32,000 nt of DNA from Candidatus Saccharimonas aalborgensis (GCF_000392435.1 NC_021219.1:360001-392000); one strand, 5' to 3'; positions 1 through 11,685 are shown, numbered from the stretch's first letter. The notes: generated by a model from the sequence alone, not told the origin. Program-made: numbers and translations.

Positions 1-602
<602 letters not shown>

Positions 603-623
603 TTATATCTCAATCATAGTAAG

Positions 624-650
624 TTAGCACTCTCATGTCAAGAGTGCTAA
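624..650. promoter_or_regulatory. CIRCE operator (HrcA binding site), perfect
   Basis: TTAGCACTC-N9-GAGTGCTAA. Confidence 0.97.
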
Positions 651-684
651 CATTGTGTTATTAACATCATTTTAGCTAAAGCTA

Positions 685-1140
685 TCACTGACGCGTGACT
701 TTTACCATGGCGGGTCGGATGACACTATCTGCCAGCATATACCCAGCCTGAAGTTCAGCCGCGATAACTTCGTTCTCACCCTCTGCTTCATCAAACTGCA
801 CTGCTTGATGAAAATGAGGGTTGAACTGCACACCGGGCGCAGCGTCTATGCGGGTAACACCCAGCTCCGCGAGAGTTGCACTGAGCTGCTTTGCCAGACC
901 AACTACTCCCTGAACCCACTGGTTTTCAGAAAGCTCGCCTGGTGCATGCGAAATTGCCCGTTCAATCGTGTCAATAATGGGAAGGAGCTTGAGAACCATT
1001 TTCTCTTCCCCTCGCTCCATCATCTGCTGCTTCTCCATTTCGGCGCGTTTACGATAATTTTCAAAATCAGCGCGGGTACGCTGCAAGTCTCTCGTTAACT
1101 CAAGCAAATGATCTATCTCGTCAGTTTGCTTTTTTTTCAT
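685..1140 (-). CDS. grpE: Nucleotide exchange factor GrpE
   Basis: Contains LQRTRADFENYRKRAE and LGVTRIDAAPGVQFNPHFHQAVQ, with an hrcA-grpE-dnaK gene context. Confidence 0.95.
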   Translation of the reverse strand: MKKKQTDEIDHLLELTRDLQRTRADFENYRKRAEMEKQQMMERGEEKMVLKLLPIIDTIERAISHAPGELSENQWVQGVVGLAKQLSATLAELGVTRIDAAPGVQFNPHFHQAVQFDEAEGENEVIAAELQAGYMLADSVIRPAMVKVTRQ

Positions 1141-1405
1141 TAGTTATCTCCTTTGCTTTGGCCAGTGTGTCGTGTTTGTGCTTGCCTTGTTGTGTACGAT
1201 GCGCATAAAAATAATACGTCAACGAGCCACTCACGCCAAATATCCCAAACATGATGCAAAAAATAACAAACGAGCGAACGTCACCACCGGTGATATCGAC
1301 GGAATACTTCAGTAGTAAACCGCCCGAAACAATAGCTACCACAAAACTCACAAGATAAAAATGATAACGACTCATTTTTTTATAATACCTCCTCCAGCAT
1401 TGCAC
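1121..1405 (-). CDS. Small membrane protein, two predicted TM segments
   Basis: Hydrophobic segments FYLVSFVVAIVSGGLLL and FVIFCIMFGIFGVSGSLTYYFY. It sits between hrcA and grpE and overlaps both. Confidence 0.6.
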   Translation of the reverse strand: MQCWRRYYKKMSRYHFYLVSFVVAIVSGGLLLKYSVDITGGDVRSFVIFCIMFGIFGVSGSLTYYFYAHRTQQGKHKHDTLAKAKEITNEKKAN

Positions 1406-2096
1406 CAGTTCGCTTCACGAGCTGCATGGTACGTGCATAGTTTTGCCTAGTCGGGCCAATAACACCGATATAGCTACGATCGCTATAGGGGGATCGAAAC
1501 TTACTAATAATCAATGTCGCGCCGCTTGTCTTACCAATTGGGTTCTCGCTCCCGATGAAAACATTTAGTGGCTGGTTGGGTGAAGCCTCTCGAAGCCAGG
1601 GCTCGATATTATCGAGCAAGCTTGCGATCTTCTGCACATGTCCCCCAACCAAAAACTCCGGCTGACTGAAGAGATTACTGATACCGTTCATGTACAGCTC
1701 ACTACCTATCGTTGCAAATCCTAAGTTCCCCGTAAGTTCCACTAGACTATCAACTGCACTGCGAATAGCCCTGTCGCTATGAGCAATCTGAGCGGTGACG
1801 TGGGCCTCAATCGCTCGTGTACTACGATCAATTCCGCTAGGCAACTCTGACATCTGTGCATCAGTGATGCTGTTAACATAAAGACGATAGCCCCTATCGG
1901 TCGGGATACGTCCCGCACTAGTATGCGGCGCCGTGATGAGCCCGAGATCTTCAAGCCGTGCCATTTCAGATCGAATAGTTGCGCTGCTGACTCCAAAGAG
2001 TTTCGCCAGCGTCACACTACCTACCGGCACCGCTATCTCAGCATACTGCTCAATAATCGCCCCAAGTATCGCTTTTTGTCGTTCAGTGAGACTCAT
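1380..2096 (-). CDS. hrcA: Heat-inducible transcription repressor HrcA, short form
   Basis: MSLTERQKAILGAIIEQYAEIAVPVGSVTLAKLFGVSSATIRSEMARLEDLGLITAPHTSAGRIPTDRGYRLYV. The start is chosen at the internal Met rather than the track start at 2123. Confidence 0.93.
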   Translation of the reverse strand: MSLTERQKAILGAIIEQYAEIAVPVGSVTLAKLFGVSSATIRSEMARLEDLGLITAPHTSAGRIPTDRGYRLYVNSITDAQMSELPSGIDRSTRAIEAHVTAQIAHSDRAIRSAVDSLVELTGNLGFATIGSELYMNGISNLFSQPEFLVGGHVQKIASLLDNIEPWLREASPNQPLNVFIGSENPIGKTSGATLIISKFRSPYSDRSYIGVIGPTRQNYARTMQLVKRTGAMLEEVL

Positions 2097-2215
2097 TACA
2101 AACAGTATAGCAAGATCTAGCACTCGAAGTCAATGAGTGCCAATAAACTTGATGGCGATTTTAAACTCAAGGAGTTATTGTTATTAGTCTGTATATACGC
2201 TATACTAAATCACCT

Positions 2216-2845
2216 ATGCAACAGGTTTCAGAAGCGGACCTCACCACCATCAAGGCGTGGCTCGGTGCAGGTTCTATTAATATATTTGGACGGCAATACG
2301 CCGGTAAAGATACGCAGTGTGAAAAACTTGCAGAGATTTTTGGCGGAGTGGTGCTAGGTGGAGGTGACATTCTCCGGCATGGCCAAACGCCACAGCACGT
2401 TCTCGATGCTATCAACTCAGGCGCGCTTTCTCCTACCGAGGAGTACAAAGCGATTGTCACACCATACCTTTCTCGGGATGAATTCGCCGGAAAACCACTC
2501 TTTCTGAGCAGCGTTGGACGCATGCAGGGCGAAGAGGAAGCTATTCTGGCTGCCACCGCACAAAGCGGACATGAGATTAAGGCAGTTATTTTCCTCGATA
2601 TTGATGAGTCAACCACCTGGAAACGTTTTCATGAGGCAAAAATTCACGGTACACGCGAAGATCGCACTGATGATGATGAGGAGGGTCTCAGGAAACGACT
2701 TGACCTCTATGAGAAGTTTACTATTCCTGTCATCAATAGGTATCGCGACTTAGGTCTGCTGATTCATATCGATGGCACTCCTAGTATTGAGCAAGTCGAT
2801 GCCGCCATCCTACGAGCACTCTTCGAGCGCGCCACAAACTCTTAG
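2216..2845 (+). CDS. adk: Adenylate kinase family
   Basis: Nucleoside monophosphate kinase pattern: GAGSINIFGRQYAGKDTQCEKLAEIFGG, GDILR and FLSSVGR. The P-loop is atypical. Confidence 0.7.
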   Translation: MQQVSEADLTTIKAWLGAGSINIFGRQYAGKDTQCEKLAEIFGGVVLGGGDILRHGQTPQHVLDAINSGALSPTEEYKAIVTPYLSRDEFAGKPLFLSSVGRMQGEEEAILAATAQSGHEIKAVIFLDIDESTTWKRFHEAKIHGTREDRTDDDEEGLRKRLDLYEKFTIPVINRYRDLGLLIHIDGTPSIEQVDAAILRALFERATNS

Positions 2846-4629
2846 TCGCGTTTTAGCATCACCATAAAGGCCTCGCTTGGTATATCAACCTTCCCAAAGC
2901 GCTTCATACGTTTTTTGCCTCGTGCCTGTTTGGCGAGTAGCTTCTTTTTTCGACTTACATCACCGCCATAGAGGTATCCGGTCACGTCTTTGCGATACGC
3001 CCCCAGTGTTTCGCGTGCAATGAAGCGAGCGCCGATAGCTGCTTGCAGTGCAACTTCAAAGCTTTGACGAGGCACAACATCTTTTAGTTTTGCTACTATT
3101 TCCCTGCCAAGGGTCTGAGCCTCGCTGCGGTGTGCCATCACTGACAATGAGTCGACTATTTCTCCTGCAATGTAGAAATCAACGCGCACCAAGTCCTCTA
3201 CGCGATAATTGGCAAGTTCATAATTAAAACTGCCATAGCCACTAGTAACGCTTTTGAGCTGATCATAAAAATCAGTCAGGAGGTTTGCTAGTGGTGCCTC
3301 AAAACTAACAAGCGCTCTTTCGTCGATATAGCTCAGATTTGTTTGTCTACCACGTTTTGTCACTATTAGCTGGATGACCGTTCCTACAAACTCCTGTGGG
3401 ACGACAATCTCTCCCTTTATCCACGGCTCACGAATTTCACGAATCTTTGCAGGGTCTGGCAGACTACTAGCGCTCTTTATGTCAAGTTCTTCACCACTTG
3501 TCAGTGTTACCTGATAGTCGGTACTCGGATTTGTTACGACAAGATCCAGATCATATTCTCGCTCAAGACGCTCGCGGATGATATCCATATGAAGCAAGCC
3601 CAGAAACCCGATACGCACACCGTAGCCGAGAACCGGTGAATTCTCCGGCTCGAACTGAAGGGCACTATCACTCAGACTCAATTTCTCAATCGCGTCTTTG
3701 AGATCCTGATAGTCCTCGTTACTCACCGGGAAGAAGCCAGCGTAGACAAACGGTTTAACGTGTTTATATCCCGGCAGTGCAATAACTGTTTCGGGGAACT
3801 CTCGTTTTTCGATGACGATCGTATCCCCTACCCGTGCATCACGCGTTGTTTTGAGGTTAGTCACGATATAGCCGATTTGACCTGTAGAGAGCGTGCTATC
3901 TGCAACCATCGTCGGACTCAAGTGACCAACCTCCAGTGCTATGCCCTGCGCAGATGTACCAAGCATACTGATCTTATCGTTTTTTTGTATCTCGCCGTCA
4001 ACAACGCGTACGTATAAAATAACCCCTCTATAGTCATCGTAGTAACTATCAAAAATCAGCGCGCGAGTCCCAGTATCTACCGACCCTATCGGTGGTGGCA
4101 CACGATCTATTACCGCCCGCAACACTTGATCAACATTTTCACCGGTTTTGGCACTGATCTTGATAATATCTGATTCGTTGCAACCCAGCAGGTTTATCAC
4201 CTCCTTGGAAACTCGTGTCACGTCGGCCGCCGGCAAATCGACTTTATTGAGAACTGGTATAATAACCAGTTCTTGTTCGAGCGCAAGATAAACGTTTGCG
4301 AGCGTTTGCGCTTGTATTCCCTGACTTGCATCGACAACCAAAATTGCACCTTCACACGCCTGTAAACTCCGTGACACCTCGTAGCTAAAGTCGACGTGCC
4401 CTGGCGTATCGATCAGATTGAGATCATGCCCCTCCCACTTCATCCTAACGGGAGCAAGCTTGATCGTAATCCCTTTTTCGCGCTCGAGTTCCATACTATC
4501 GAGCAGCTGGCTCTTCATTTCGCGTTTGGTTACGGTGCTGGTAAGCTCCATCATGCGATCAGCAAGTGTGGACTTTCCATGGTCAATATGCGCAATGATA
4601 CAGAAATTACGAATGCTATCAGTATTCAT
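2842..4629 (-). CDS. lepA: Elongation factor 4, LepA GTPase
   Basis: NFCIIAHIDHGKSTLADRMMELT, DTPGHVDFSYEVSRSL and the C-terminal KLLAKQARGKKRMKRFGKVDIPSEAFM. Confidence 0.98.
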   Translation of the reverse strand: MNTDSIRNFCIIAHIDHGKSTLADRMMELTSTVTKREMKSQLLDSMELEREKGITIKLAPVRMKWEGHDLNLIDTPGHVDFSYEVSRSLQACEGAILVVDASQGIQAQTLANVYLALEQELVIIPVLNKVDLPAADVTRVSKEVINLLGCNESDIIKISAKTGENVDQVLRAVIDRVPPPIGSVDTGTRALIFDSYYDDYRGVILYVRVVDGEIQKNDKISMLGTSAQGIALEVGHLSPTMVADSTLSTGQIGYIVTNLKTTRDARVGDTIVIEKREFPETVIALPGYKHVKPFVYAGFFPVSNEDYQDLKDAIEKLSLSDSALQFEPENSPVLGYGVRIGFLGLLHMDIIRERLEREYDLDLVVTNPSTDYQVTLTSGEELDIKSASSLPDPAKIREIREPWIKGEIVVPQEFVGTVIQLIVTKRGRQTNLSYIDERALVSFEAPLANLLTDFYDQLKSVTSGYGSFNYELANYRVEDLVRVDFYIAGEIVDSLSVMAHRSEAQTLGREIVAKLKDVVPRQSFEVALQAAIGARFIARETLGAYRKDVTGYLYGGDVSRKKKLLAKQARGKKRMKRFGKVDIPSEAFMVMLKRD

Positions 4630-6257
4630 TTCCTGCGTACCGAACCAAAGAAAATCTGTTGTAAACGCCGTACTACTGGATCGGCTTCAACCAAATGAAA
4701 CCATTTGCTTACCCATATATATATGCTAAAACTGACAAAAGCAATTATCATAAACTTTGGGAAGGTTGAGATAAAGTTTTGATCGTTATTGCGAAGTGGT
4801 AAGAGCGTGACGGTAAGGTAGGTTATAAGTGACATACTACCCGTCGCAATAGACATCTTACCCACCGCACCCACAAATGCACGCGTAAAAAACCCGGGCA
4901 TGCGCCGCCCAATGATACAAAATAAAATAACAACCTCAATAAGTGCCATAAGCGACTGTGCATATGCGAGACCATATACACCCCACCCAAATACTTGCGT
5001 AAATACGACGGCTAAGATAATGTTGAGACCAATCGAAAAAATTGACACGTAAAGTGGCGTCTTGGTGTCTTGCTGTGCATAAAACGCCCTAGCGGCAATG
5101 TGGTAAATTGTCCGAAACAAAATCGCCACAACGAGAACACCAAGCAAGCCTGATATCAGCGGAAAACCACCATTTTTGATAAAGTTGACGACGTACCCTC
5201 GAGCAAAAAAGGTGATTGCGGCAGTCGGCAGTGCTAACCATATGATGACACGCAGAATAGATCGCAGCTCTGACATAAAGAGGTCATTTCTGCCTTGGTT
5301 GAGACGTTCAGCCATTTTTGGAAACGCCGCGTTACTAATGGCAACACCAATGAGATTGACCGGCATAAGCGATAGTGCCGATGCCTGTTGATACGCACGG
5401 ATCGTTCCGTCAGCCATATGTGATGCAAGATTAGTCTCGACAAAGCCGTTGACATAATCAATCCCTTGGTCAAGCGATCGTGCTGGCAACAGTCTCAGTA
5501 CCTGACGAAACCCTTTGTTTTTCCAGCTGATCTTAAAGTGATAATCAAATCCAACCCCTAATAGACCAATGGCACTTACGACAAGCTGCATAATAGCTCC
5601 GAGTACAACTCCGAGCGCAACCCCCATGATTCCCCCCTCAAACACTTGATAGCCAAAGATGGTAATGCCATTCGTAAAGAACAGCGCACCGATAATAATT
5701 CCTATATTGTAAATAGTGGGTGCAAGCGCATAAAACATATAGCGTCCCACTGCTTGCTGCATGCTGGCAATCACCGTTGCAATCGCAAATAGGAAGGGGT
5801 TGACCGCGATCACGCGCATCATACTGACCGCCAGCGCATGGCCCGACTCATCGAGTCCTGGACTGATAATGTACACCAGCTGACTGGCAAATATCATAAT
5901 GAGAATACTCGCTACAAGAGTAATGAGGGCCATGAAGTTGATCATCGAGGAGCTCAACTCCCACGCAGATTTTTTGTTACCTGTATCAAGCCGCTGGTTA
6001 AACACTGGTATAAATGAAACGCCGAGCGCTCCGGAAACAAGGATGAAAAACATGAAGTCAGGAATAGTAAATGCAACAGTATAGGCGTCGATTCCTACGC
6101 GGTAACTATCGAGGTACAGCCCATTCAATAAACGATCACGGTAGAGACCAAGGAGTGACGAGAGGAGTGTTGAGCTTGCAAGCAAAATTGCAGCCCACTT
6201 TACAGACATTTTGCGATTGGCAAGATTGACCATTGAGCGCATTCGGTTTTGTGCCAT
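4626..6257 (-). CDS. murJ: Lipid II flippase MurJ/MviN family
   Basis: Polytopic protein with SLLGLYRDRLL, DAYTVAFTIPDFMFFILVSGALGVSFIPVF and FYAQQDTKTPLYVSI. Confidence 0.93.
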   Translation of the reverse strand: MAQNRMRSMVNLANRKMSVKWAAILLASSTLLSSLLGLYRDRLLNGLYLDSYRVGIDAYTVAFTIPDFMFFILVSGALGVSFIPVFNQRLDTGNKKSAWELSSSMINFMALITLVASILIMIFASQLVYIISPGLDESGHALAVSMMRVIAVNPFLFAIATVIASMQQAVGRYMFYALAPTIYNIGIIIGALFFTNGITIFGYQVFEGGIMGVALGVVLGAIMQLVVSAIGLLGVGFDYHFKISWKNKGFRQVLRLLPARSLDQGIDYVNGFVETNLASHMADGTIRAYQQASALSLMPVNLIGVAISNAAFPKMAERLNQGRNDLFMSELRSILRVIIWLALPTAAITFFARGYVVNFIKNGGFPLISGLLGVLVVAILFRTIYHIAARAFYAQQDTKTPLYVSIFSIGLNIILAVVFTQVFGWGVYGLAYAQSLMALIEVVILFCIIGRRMPGFFTRAFVGAVGKMSIATGSMSLITYLTVTLLPLRNNDQNFISTFPKFMIIAFVSFSIYIWVSKWFHLVEADPVVRRLQQIFFGSVRRK

Positions 6258-6275
6258 AGGCCATCTTTCAAACTC

Positions 6276-8132
6276 CTAGTGGAGTTTTGCCTCCGCAGGC
6301 AACGTAGCATCTGCCATCAATTTGGTTGCCTCGTCTTCTTCCAATGTTTCAGATTCAATCAGCGCGTCTTTTAGTTTTTCAAGGATATCGCGATTAGTGC
6401 GAAGCACCGCCTCGGCACGGTGGCTTGCCTCCTTGATAAGTATTTCCACTTCACGATCGATTTGCTGGGCTGTCGCATCGCTATACGGACGTTCGTGAGT
6501 AATCTTATCAAACACCATGCCACCGGCGTCTTCATGAAAAACCTGGTCACGCAGTGTGGTCCCCATCCCTTGCTCGATCACCATGTCACGCGCAATCTCA
6601 GTCGCTTTGCGAAGATCGCTCCCCGCTCCGGTCGTCACACCATCAGCTCCATAAATAAGCTTTTCGGCAACCCGACCGCCCATAGCACGAGCGAGGATAT
6701 CCTTAAACTCATACACATTCGTATAGCTCTTGTCTTCTGGGGGTAGAAACCACGTCACTCCTCCGGTTCCACCACGCGGAATGATCGTCACTTTGTGGAC
6801 AGGGTCGCTATCCGGAAGCACATGCCCGACAATTGCATGACCGGCTTCATGATACGCGGTCATCTCTTTTTCTTGCTCGTTCATCACCTTTGCCTTGCGT
6901 TCAGGACCGATAGCAACCTTTTCAAACGCTTCAGTGAGGTCTTTGTTGCTAACACGTTTGGCATTGCGTCGTGCCGCAATAATCGCTGCCTCGTTGGCGA
7001 TGTTTGCCAAGTCCGCGCCCGAAGAACCCGCCGTCTTTGCTGCAAGTTTATCGAGGTTTACCGTATCGTCAGCGGGCTTATTTTTGAAATGCACCTTCAA
7101 GATAGCCTCGCGGTCTTTTCGCTCCGGCAAACTAATGGTTGTGCGGCGGTCAAAGCGACCAGGACGGAGAAGTGCCGGGTCGAGAACATCAGCACGGTTA
7201 GTGGCCGCCAAAACGATGACGTTCGTTCCTGTCTCAAACCCATCCATTTCGACGAGGATTTGATTGAGTGTTTGCTCACGCTCATCGTGACCACCGCCCA
7301 TGCCACTACCGCGTTTTCGTCCTACTGCATCAATTTCATCAATAAAGATGATCGAAGGAGCGTTCTTTTTGGCTTTTTGGAACAGATCGCGCACCCTGCT
7401 CGCACCAACACCGACAAACATTTCCACAAACTCACTTCCTGAGATACTAAAGAACGGTACATTCGCCTCACCCGCTACTGCACGCGCTAGCATTGTTTTT
7501 CCCGTTCCAGGGTTGCCTATCAGCAAAACTCCTTTTGGAATCTTGGCACCGAGACTCTCGTATTTCTTTGGGTGCTTCAAAAAATCAACCACTTCTTCCA
7601 AATCTTGCTTGGCATTGTCATTTCCAGCGATATCACTGAAGACAACTCGTTCTTTATCGAGACCGTATAGTTTTGCCTTACTCTTTCCAAAGCCCATGGC
7701 TTGGTTATTTTGGCCCTGTGCTTGACGCATCATGAACATAAAGAAGGCTGCAATCAAGATAATCGGCACGACAAGTGTCGCAATATTCCAAAGTGTATTA
7801 CCAGTCTCAGATGCAGGTGAATCACTGAGCGTCGTCTTGGTAGTATCGACTTTATTCTCCTTGATGAGCGTGCTGATACCACCAGTGAGATAGGATTTTT
7901 CGGTTGGCTTATCTTGCCCCTTCAGGGTGATTTGTAGTTCATTGCCCGAACCTTGGATTTTTGTAACATCACCATTATTTGCACGCCGAATCACGTCAGA
8001 TATATCAACATCTTTCATGCCGGTGTGTGGCGAAGTGATGGCCCAGACGGTCAATACGCCAAGGATCATGAGAGACCAAAAAAGTCCCAGCCGGACCAAA
8101 TTACTTACTTTACCTGTAGGGGGTTTTGCCAT
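6276..8132 (-). CDS. ftsH: ATP-dependent zinc metalloprotease FtsH
   Basis: Walker [23 protein letters not shown] region and HEAGH zinc motif. Confidence 0.98.
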   Translation of the reverse strand: MAKPPTGKVSNLVRLGLFWSLMILGVLTVWAITSPHTGMKDVDISDVIRRANNGDVTKIQGSGNELQITLKGQDKPTEKSYLTGGISTLIKENKVDTTKTTLSDSPASETGNTLWNIATLVVPIILIAAFFMFMMRQAQGQNNQAMGFGKSKAKLYGLDKERVVFSDIAGNDNAKQDLEEVVDFLKHPKKYESLGAKIPKGVLLIGNPGTGKTMLARAVAGEANVPFFSISGSEFVEMFVGVGASRVRDLFQKAKKNAPSIIFIDEIDAVGRKRGSGMGGGHDEREQTLNQILVEMDGFETGTNVIVLAATNRADVLDPALLRPGRFDRRTTISLPERKDREAILKVHFKNKPADDTVNLDKLAAKTAGSSGADLANIANEAAIIAARRNAKRVSNKDLTEAFEKVAIGPERKAKVMNEQEKEMTAYHEAGHAIVGHVLPDSDPVHKVTIIPRGGTGGVTWFLPPEDKSYTNVYEFKDILARAMGGRVAEKLIYGADGVTTGAGSDLRKATEIARDMVIEQGMGTTLRDQVFHEDAGGMVFDKITHERPYSDATAQQIDREVEILIKEASHRAEAVLRTNRDILEKLKDALIESETLEEDEATKLMADATLPAEAKLH

Positions 8133-8188
8133 GAATTAACTCATCCTTTTTACTGTCTGATTAAACTTATGTGAGTATCTCTGGTCAA

Positions 8189-9058
8189 TTATACTACCCG
8201 GACTTCAAAATATCGAGTCTTGCACACAATTTCCACCCCCTTTGCTACTTGGTGACATGATCCCGACCTGGCTGTCTTTACAAACAGAAGCGCGGCCTCA
8301 GCCTGCGGTCGTGTCGGTCTATAGCCGCTTAATCGCTCAACTACCGTTGCTATCAGCTCTCCTGCCGTAGCATTATCAAGTTGAATCATAAAATGACGTG
8401 ACGTGAGATCAGTTGTATGATAGCGCCTTTCCTCACTTTCAACGTCTTTCTTCAACTGAATCTGCTTTGCTCGCAAGCCCATCAGCGCAACTTTGTCCAG
8501 TTTTTTCCCCTGTGCCGCAAGCATACGACGAAGGCGATTTCTCTGGTAAATACTACTAGCGTTGGTTGAGTCCTCTACCCACTCTAATCGATGCTTGAGC
8601 GCATAGCGGTACAGCTGCGACTTTGAGAGTTCGATAAAAGGCCGCAAGATAGTAGGGCGATTCAATACTGCCAACCCCCTCCAGCCAGTGCCGCGCCATA
8701 GATTTAGTGCGATAGTCTCTATCGCATCATCTTGGTGGTGTGCCGTAACAATCGTTGCTTGATGGGTAGCGGCTTGTTGCAGTAGAAAATCATAGCGGGC
8801 ATTCCTCGCCTCCTCCTCGCTCGCGTTCGGACCGAGCGAAAGCTGAGTCGATACATACGGCAAGTGATATTGCTTAGCGAGCTCGCTTACAAAACGTTCA
8901 TCGGCTGCGCTGTCTGAACGTATTCCATGATCGACATGCGCAACAATCAGCGTTTCCGTCTGTCGCGCTACCATCATATGAAGCAGGCAAACGCTATCTA
9001 TACCACCGCTGATTGCCAACAAAAGCGGGGAAGTGATTGGCACGGCTGCAATCGCCAT
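8189..9058 (-). CDS. tilS: tRNA(Ile)-lysidine synthetase TilS
   Basis: AISGGIDSVCLLHMM PP-loop, VAHVDHGIR and ATIVTAHHQDDAIETIALNLWRGTGWRGL. Confidence 0.93.
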   Translation of the reverse strand: MAIAAVPITSPLLLAISGGIDSVCLLHMMVARQTETLIVAHVDHGIRSDSAADERFVSELAKQYHLPYVSTQLSLGPNASEEEARNARYDFLLQQAATHQATIVTAHHQDDAIETIALNLWRGTGWRGLAVLNRPTILRPFIELSKSQLYRYALKHRLEWVEDSTNASSIYQRNRLRRMLAAQGKKLDKVALMGLRAKQIQLKKDVESEERRYHTTDLTSRHFMIQLDNATAGELIATVVERLSGYRPTRPQAEAALLFVKTARSGSCHQVAKGVEIVCKTRYFEVRVV

Positions 9059-9066
9059 ACATCCCC

Positions 9067-9648
9067 CTAGTAGGTATCGACTCTGAGTTCGAGGAGATCA
9101 ATCAGATCGCTAAGCCGAGTCGCGTAAAAGTAGCGTGCGACATCTTTGCTTTCAACCGTATAACTATTGTCACTTCCTGCCTCTTTTAGACGCTTATTGT
9201 AATCTTTAAGCGCGGGTACGAAGTGGCGTTCTTTATTTTTATAGAAATCAAAGGCCAACTTTGCATCCCGATCCTTCCACACAGTTAGTTTCTCTAACTC
9301 GGTAGTTTTGTCTTCAAGCTTCTGGATTGCTTTGTCAACTTTTGACTGATTGTCGCTATAGACTAGTTCATCGGTAGCGATAGTATTGATATCTTTTGCT
9401 ATATCTAGTGCTTTCTGATACTCAGCTTTCGATGGGCGGCTATTGAGCAACGCATAACTCACACCACCCGCAATCGCCAGCAACAGTACTAAACTGCCAG
9501 CAACGATACTGATAATGAGCTTTCTCCGTGAATAGCCCTTTTGTGGCTGTTCCCCTTTGGTTGTATTTACTTGTGGCAATACATCTTTACTTGCCGCTTG
9601 TTTCTTTTTAGCTGTCGGACGAGTTGACTTCACCGCACTATCATCCAT
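9067..9648 (-). CDS. Single-pass membrane protein of unknown function
   Basis: TM segment LIISIVAGSLVLLLAIAGGVSYALL followed by a helical extracytoplasmic region. Confidence 0.7.
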   Translation of the reverse strand: MDDSAVKSTRPTAKKKQAASKDVLPQVNTTKGEQPQKGYSRRKLIISIVAGSLVLLLAIAGGVSYALLNSRPSKAEYQKALDIAKDINTIATDELVYSDNQSKVDKAIQKLEDKTTELEKLTVWKDRDAKLAFDFYKNKERHFVPALKDYNKRLKEAGSDNSYTVESKDVARYFYATRLSDLIDLLELRVDTY

Positions 9649-9776
9649 GGTAACTCCTTTTGCTTAGCATGATCATGTCGCTTCGCGCATCAGTATAGCA
9701 GAGTTAGGCATCCTTTTGCATACATATAGCAGCAAGTGCTACAATACAACCAGAAGTTCTAATGGAGGTTATTATC

Positions 9777-10454
9777 ATGAGTGAATCGACGAAACCACAG
9801 GGGCATATTACGCTCACCTATTTAGGTGCGGTCGTGTCTGTGCTATTGGCGCTCGCAGCATCAAGTAGTGTTATCGCAAGTCTCATGCTCATGTGGTCAA
9901 ACACGGGAATGGGGATGTACATGGCAGCACTAGGTTCATCATTGCTTATGGGAACCGACGTATTCACGGGCACCATTTCAAGTGCCGTTGCAGCCGGCGT
10001 CTTTGCATTCCTGGCTTTCTGGCTGTACAAAAAGACAACCAAAGACATTGCCTCGCAACCCGAGTACGTTCACCGAGCACCCTACGCATTTGTGACTAAT
10101 ACCTTTGTTGGTACCCTTGCGCTGATCGTTATCCTACTTGCGAGCAGCCTCGTATCTATCTTGATCTCTTCGCTGATGCTGATTGGTACGAGTGCCGACA
10201 TTGGTCAGATGTACCTGCAAAGATTTTTGCCACAGCTCATTGGACTTGGATTTGTTGGGTTTATTGGTTATTGCGCTTACAATATCTACCGCGGCAAAAA
10301 CATGAGCAAGCTCATGACGCTGGTTCTCATGGGTGTTGCCGGTGCGCTACTTGTCGCGACACTCATCACCGTTCCTATCAAGGCACATACTGGCTCAAGC
10401 AACTCTTCGTCGAGTAGCCGCAGCAGCAACTACAGTAGCCTTTACGACTACTAG
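9777..10454 (+). CDS. Polytopic membrane protein with Ser-rich tail, unknown function
   Basis: Four or more hydrophobic segments, with a ggagg motif a few bases upstream of the chosen start MSESTK. Confidence 0.7.
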   Translation: MSESTKPQGHITLTYLGAVVSVLLALAASSSVIASLMLMWSNTGMGMYMAALGSSLLMGTDVFTGTISSAVAAGVFAFLAFWLYKKTTKDIASQPEYVHRAPYAFVTNTFVGTLALIVILLASSLVSILISSLMLIGTSADIGQMYLQRFLPQLIGLGFVGFIGYCAYNIYRGKNMSKLMTLVLMGVAGALLVATLITVPIKAHTGSSNSSSSSRSSNYSSLYDY

Positions 10455-10506
10455 TTGTTGGGAGACTCTCAAACCAATACGCCGCTATAACAAGTGCGGC
10501 GTATTG

Positions 10507-11685
10507 TTATAGTTGCTTAATCGCACGTTCAACGCTATCCCAGTAGCGAATTGTCGCCCTTGTACCGTCACTCCGTACCCACGCACGGCGTTTTGTGAAA
10601 GGATCATCTCCGTGTAGTTGATTATACGCTGTCTCAGTCAGACCAACTGTTACACCAGGCTTAAATATCATGCTCCGACCCGAGTGTGCCGGCGCTGCCA
10701 TGCCAAGTTGGCGGAGAAACGTATCGGATGTCCAACGATCGCCACCTTTTGCTGGGAAAAGTGCTGTCGCATGCGAGACGGCATATTCATACTGACCCTC
10801 CCCTTCATGAAGTCCATACGAGAATGGCCCTCCATGATAGTCCTCATGTGACGGATCGTACGCAAGTATATCGAATTCAATACCCTCTGCTGGTGTCACG
10901 CCACGCACATACAAGATACTCTCCTGCGAGTTTGTGACAGCAAATTCGGCAATCTGCCGAGGACGGGTGGGAAGCGCCTGGAGAAATACCGGCTCTGTCT
11001 CACCGTCATATGCACACTCTACGATATGAGCAACCGACGCATCAAACGGTGCCGCGCCCACCACTTGCTCATAGTACCCCATAAGTTCCTGGACCGGCGG
11101 ATCGTTCTCGCCTGTATACGAAGCAGGGCGATTGATCTCTCCTTCATCAACGACATAGAACTCTTGCTCATCCACTCTCCCGATATAGAATCGATCCTCC
11201 CGCCCATTATCCGGCACCAGGAAATAATTTGCACCTTTTGCTGCCTGCCAATACGACAAACTAGCATCTCGCAGTACTTCGGTATCAAAACCGTGTGATG
11301 ATTTACCGGTCAATAGCCGATGCCAAGTCGCCACGTGTCCGTAGTGTGCACCAGCCATCCTGGCAATCCTACGAAGTGTCCAATAGGTGCGGTCTGGGTC
11401 GTCGATTCCCTTTTGGACCGCCTCGATTTCCTCGCTATGCATTCCCTCGCTATCATACGACATGCCAAGTCCTGAATAATACAGCTCACCGGGATGTTCA
11501 GACCAAGCAAAGAATCGATCCCCACATGAAACGGCATCCTCATACGTATCGAAGATACGGGGGACACGAAACCCCAGTGCCGCCATAGCTTGACCAATTT
11601 CCTGCTTGGGGCGCATGGGATGACGGCCGAGATGCTCAATAATAGAGGGAACGCCAGGAGTAGACTCTGCGGGATATTGAATCAT
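10507..11685 (-). CDS. Uncharacterised 392-aa protein
   Basis: Long ORF with typical composition. A -10-like TATAAT lies close to the start. No family recognised. Confidence 0.7.
   Translation of the reverse strand: MIQYPAESTPGVPSIIEHLGRHPMRPKQEIGQAMAALGFRVPRIFDTYEDAVSCGDRFFAWSEHPGELYYSGLGMSYDSEGMHSEEIEAVQKGIDDPDRTYWTLRRIARMAGAHYGHVATWHRLLTGKSSHGFDTEVLRDASLSYWQAAKGANYFLVPDNGREDRFYIGRVDEQEFYVVDEGEINRPASYTGENDPPVQELMGYYEQVVGAAPFDASVAHIVECAYDGETEPVFLQALPTRPRQIAEFAVTNSQESILYVRGVTPAEGIEFDILAYDPSHEDYHGGPFSYGLHEGEGQYEYAVSHATALFPAKGGDRWTSDTFLRQLGMAAPAHSGRSMIFKPGVTVGLTETAYNQLHGDDPFTKRRAWVRSDGTRATIRYWDSVERAIKQL

Noticed and set aside
6420-8174. Overlapping ORFs on the plus strand within ftsH (6420..6746, 6795..7442, 6895..7263, 7300..7725, 7927..8174)
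   Set aside because: They are antisense shadows of a highly confident FtsH coding sequence, with no independent support.
8189-9058. TilS as a possible sign of a tRNA-modification island linked to the element
   Set aside because: It is a normal essential core gene in bacteria with tRNA-Ile2(CAT) and lies 5.5 kb away among housekeeping genes.
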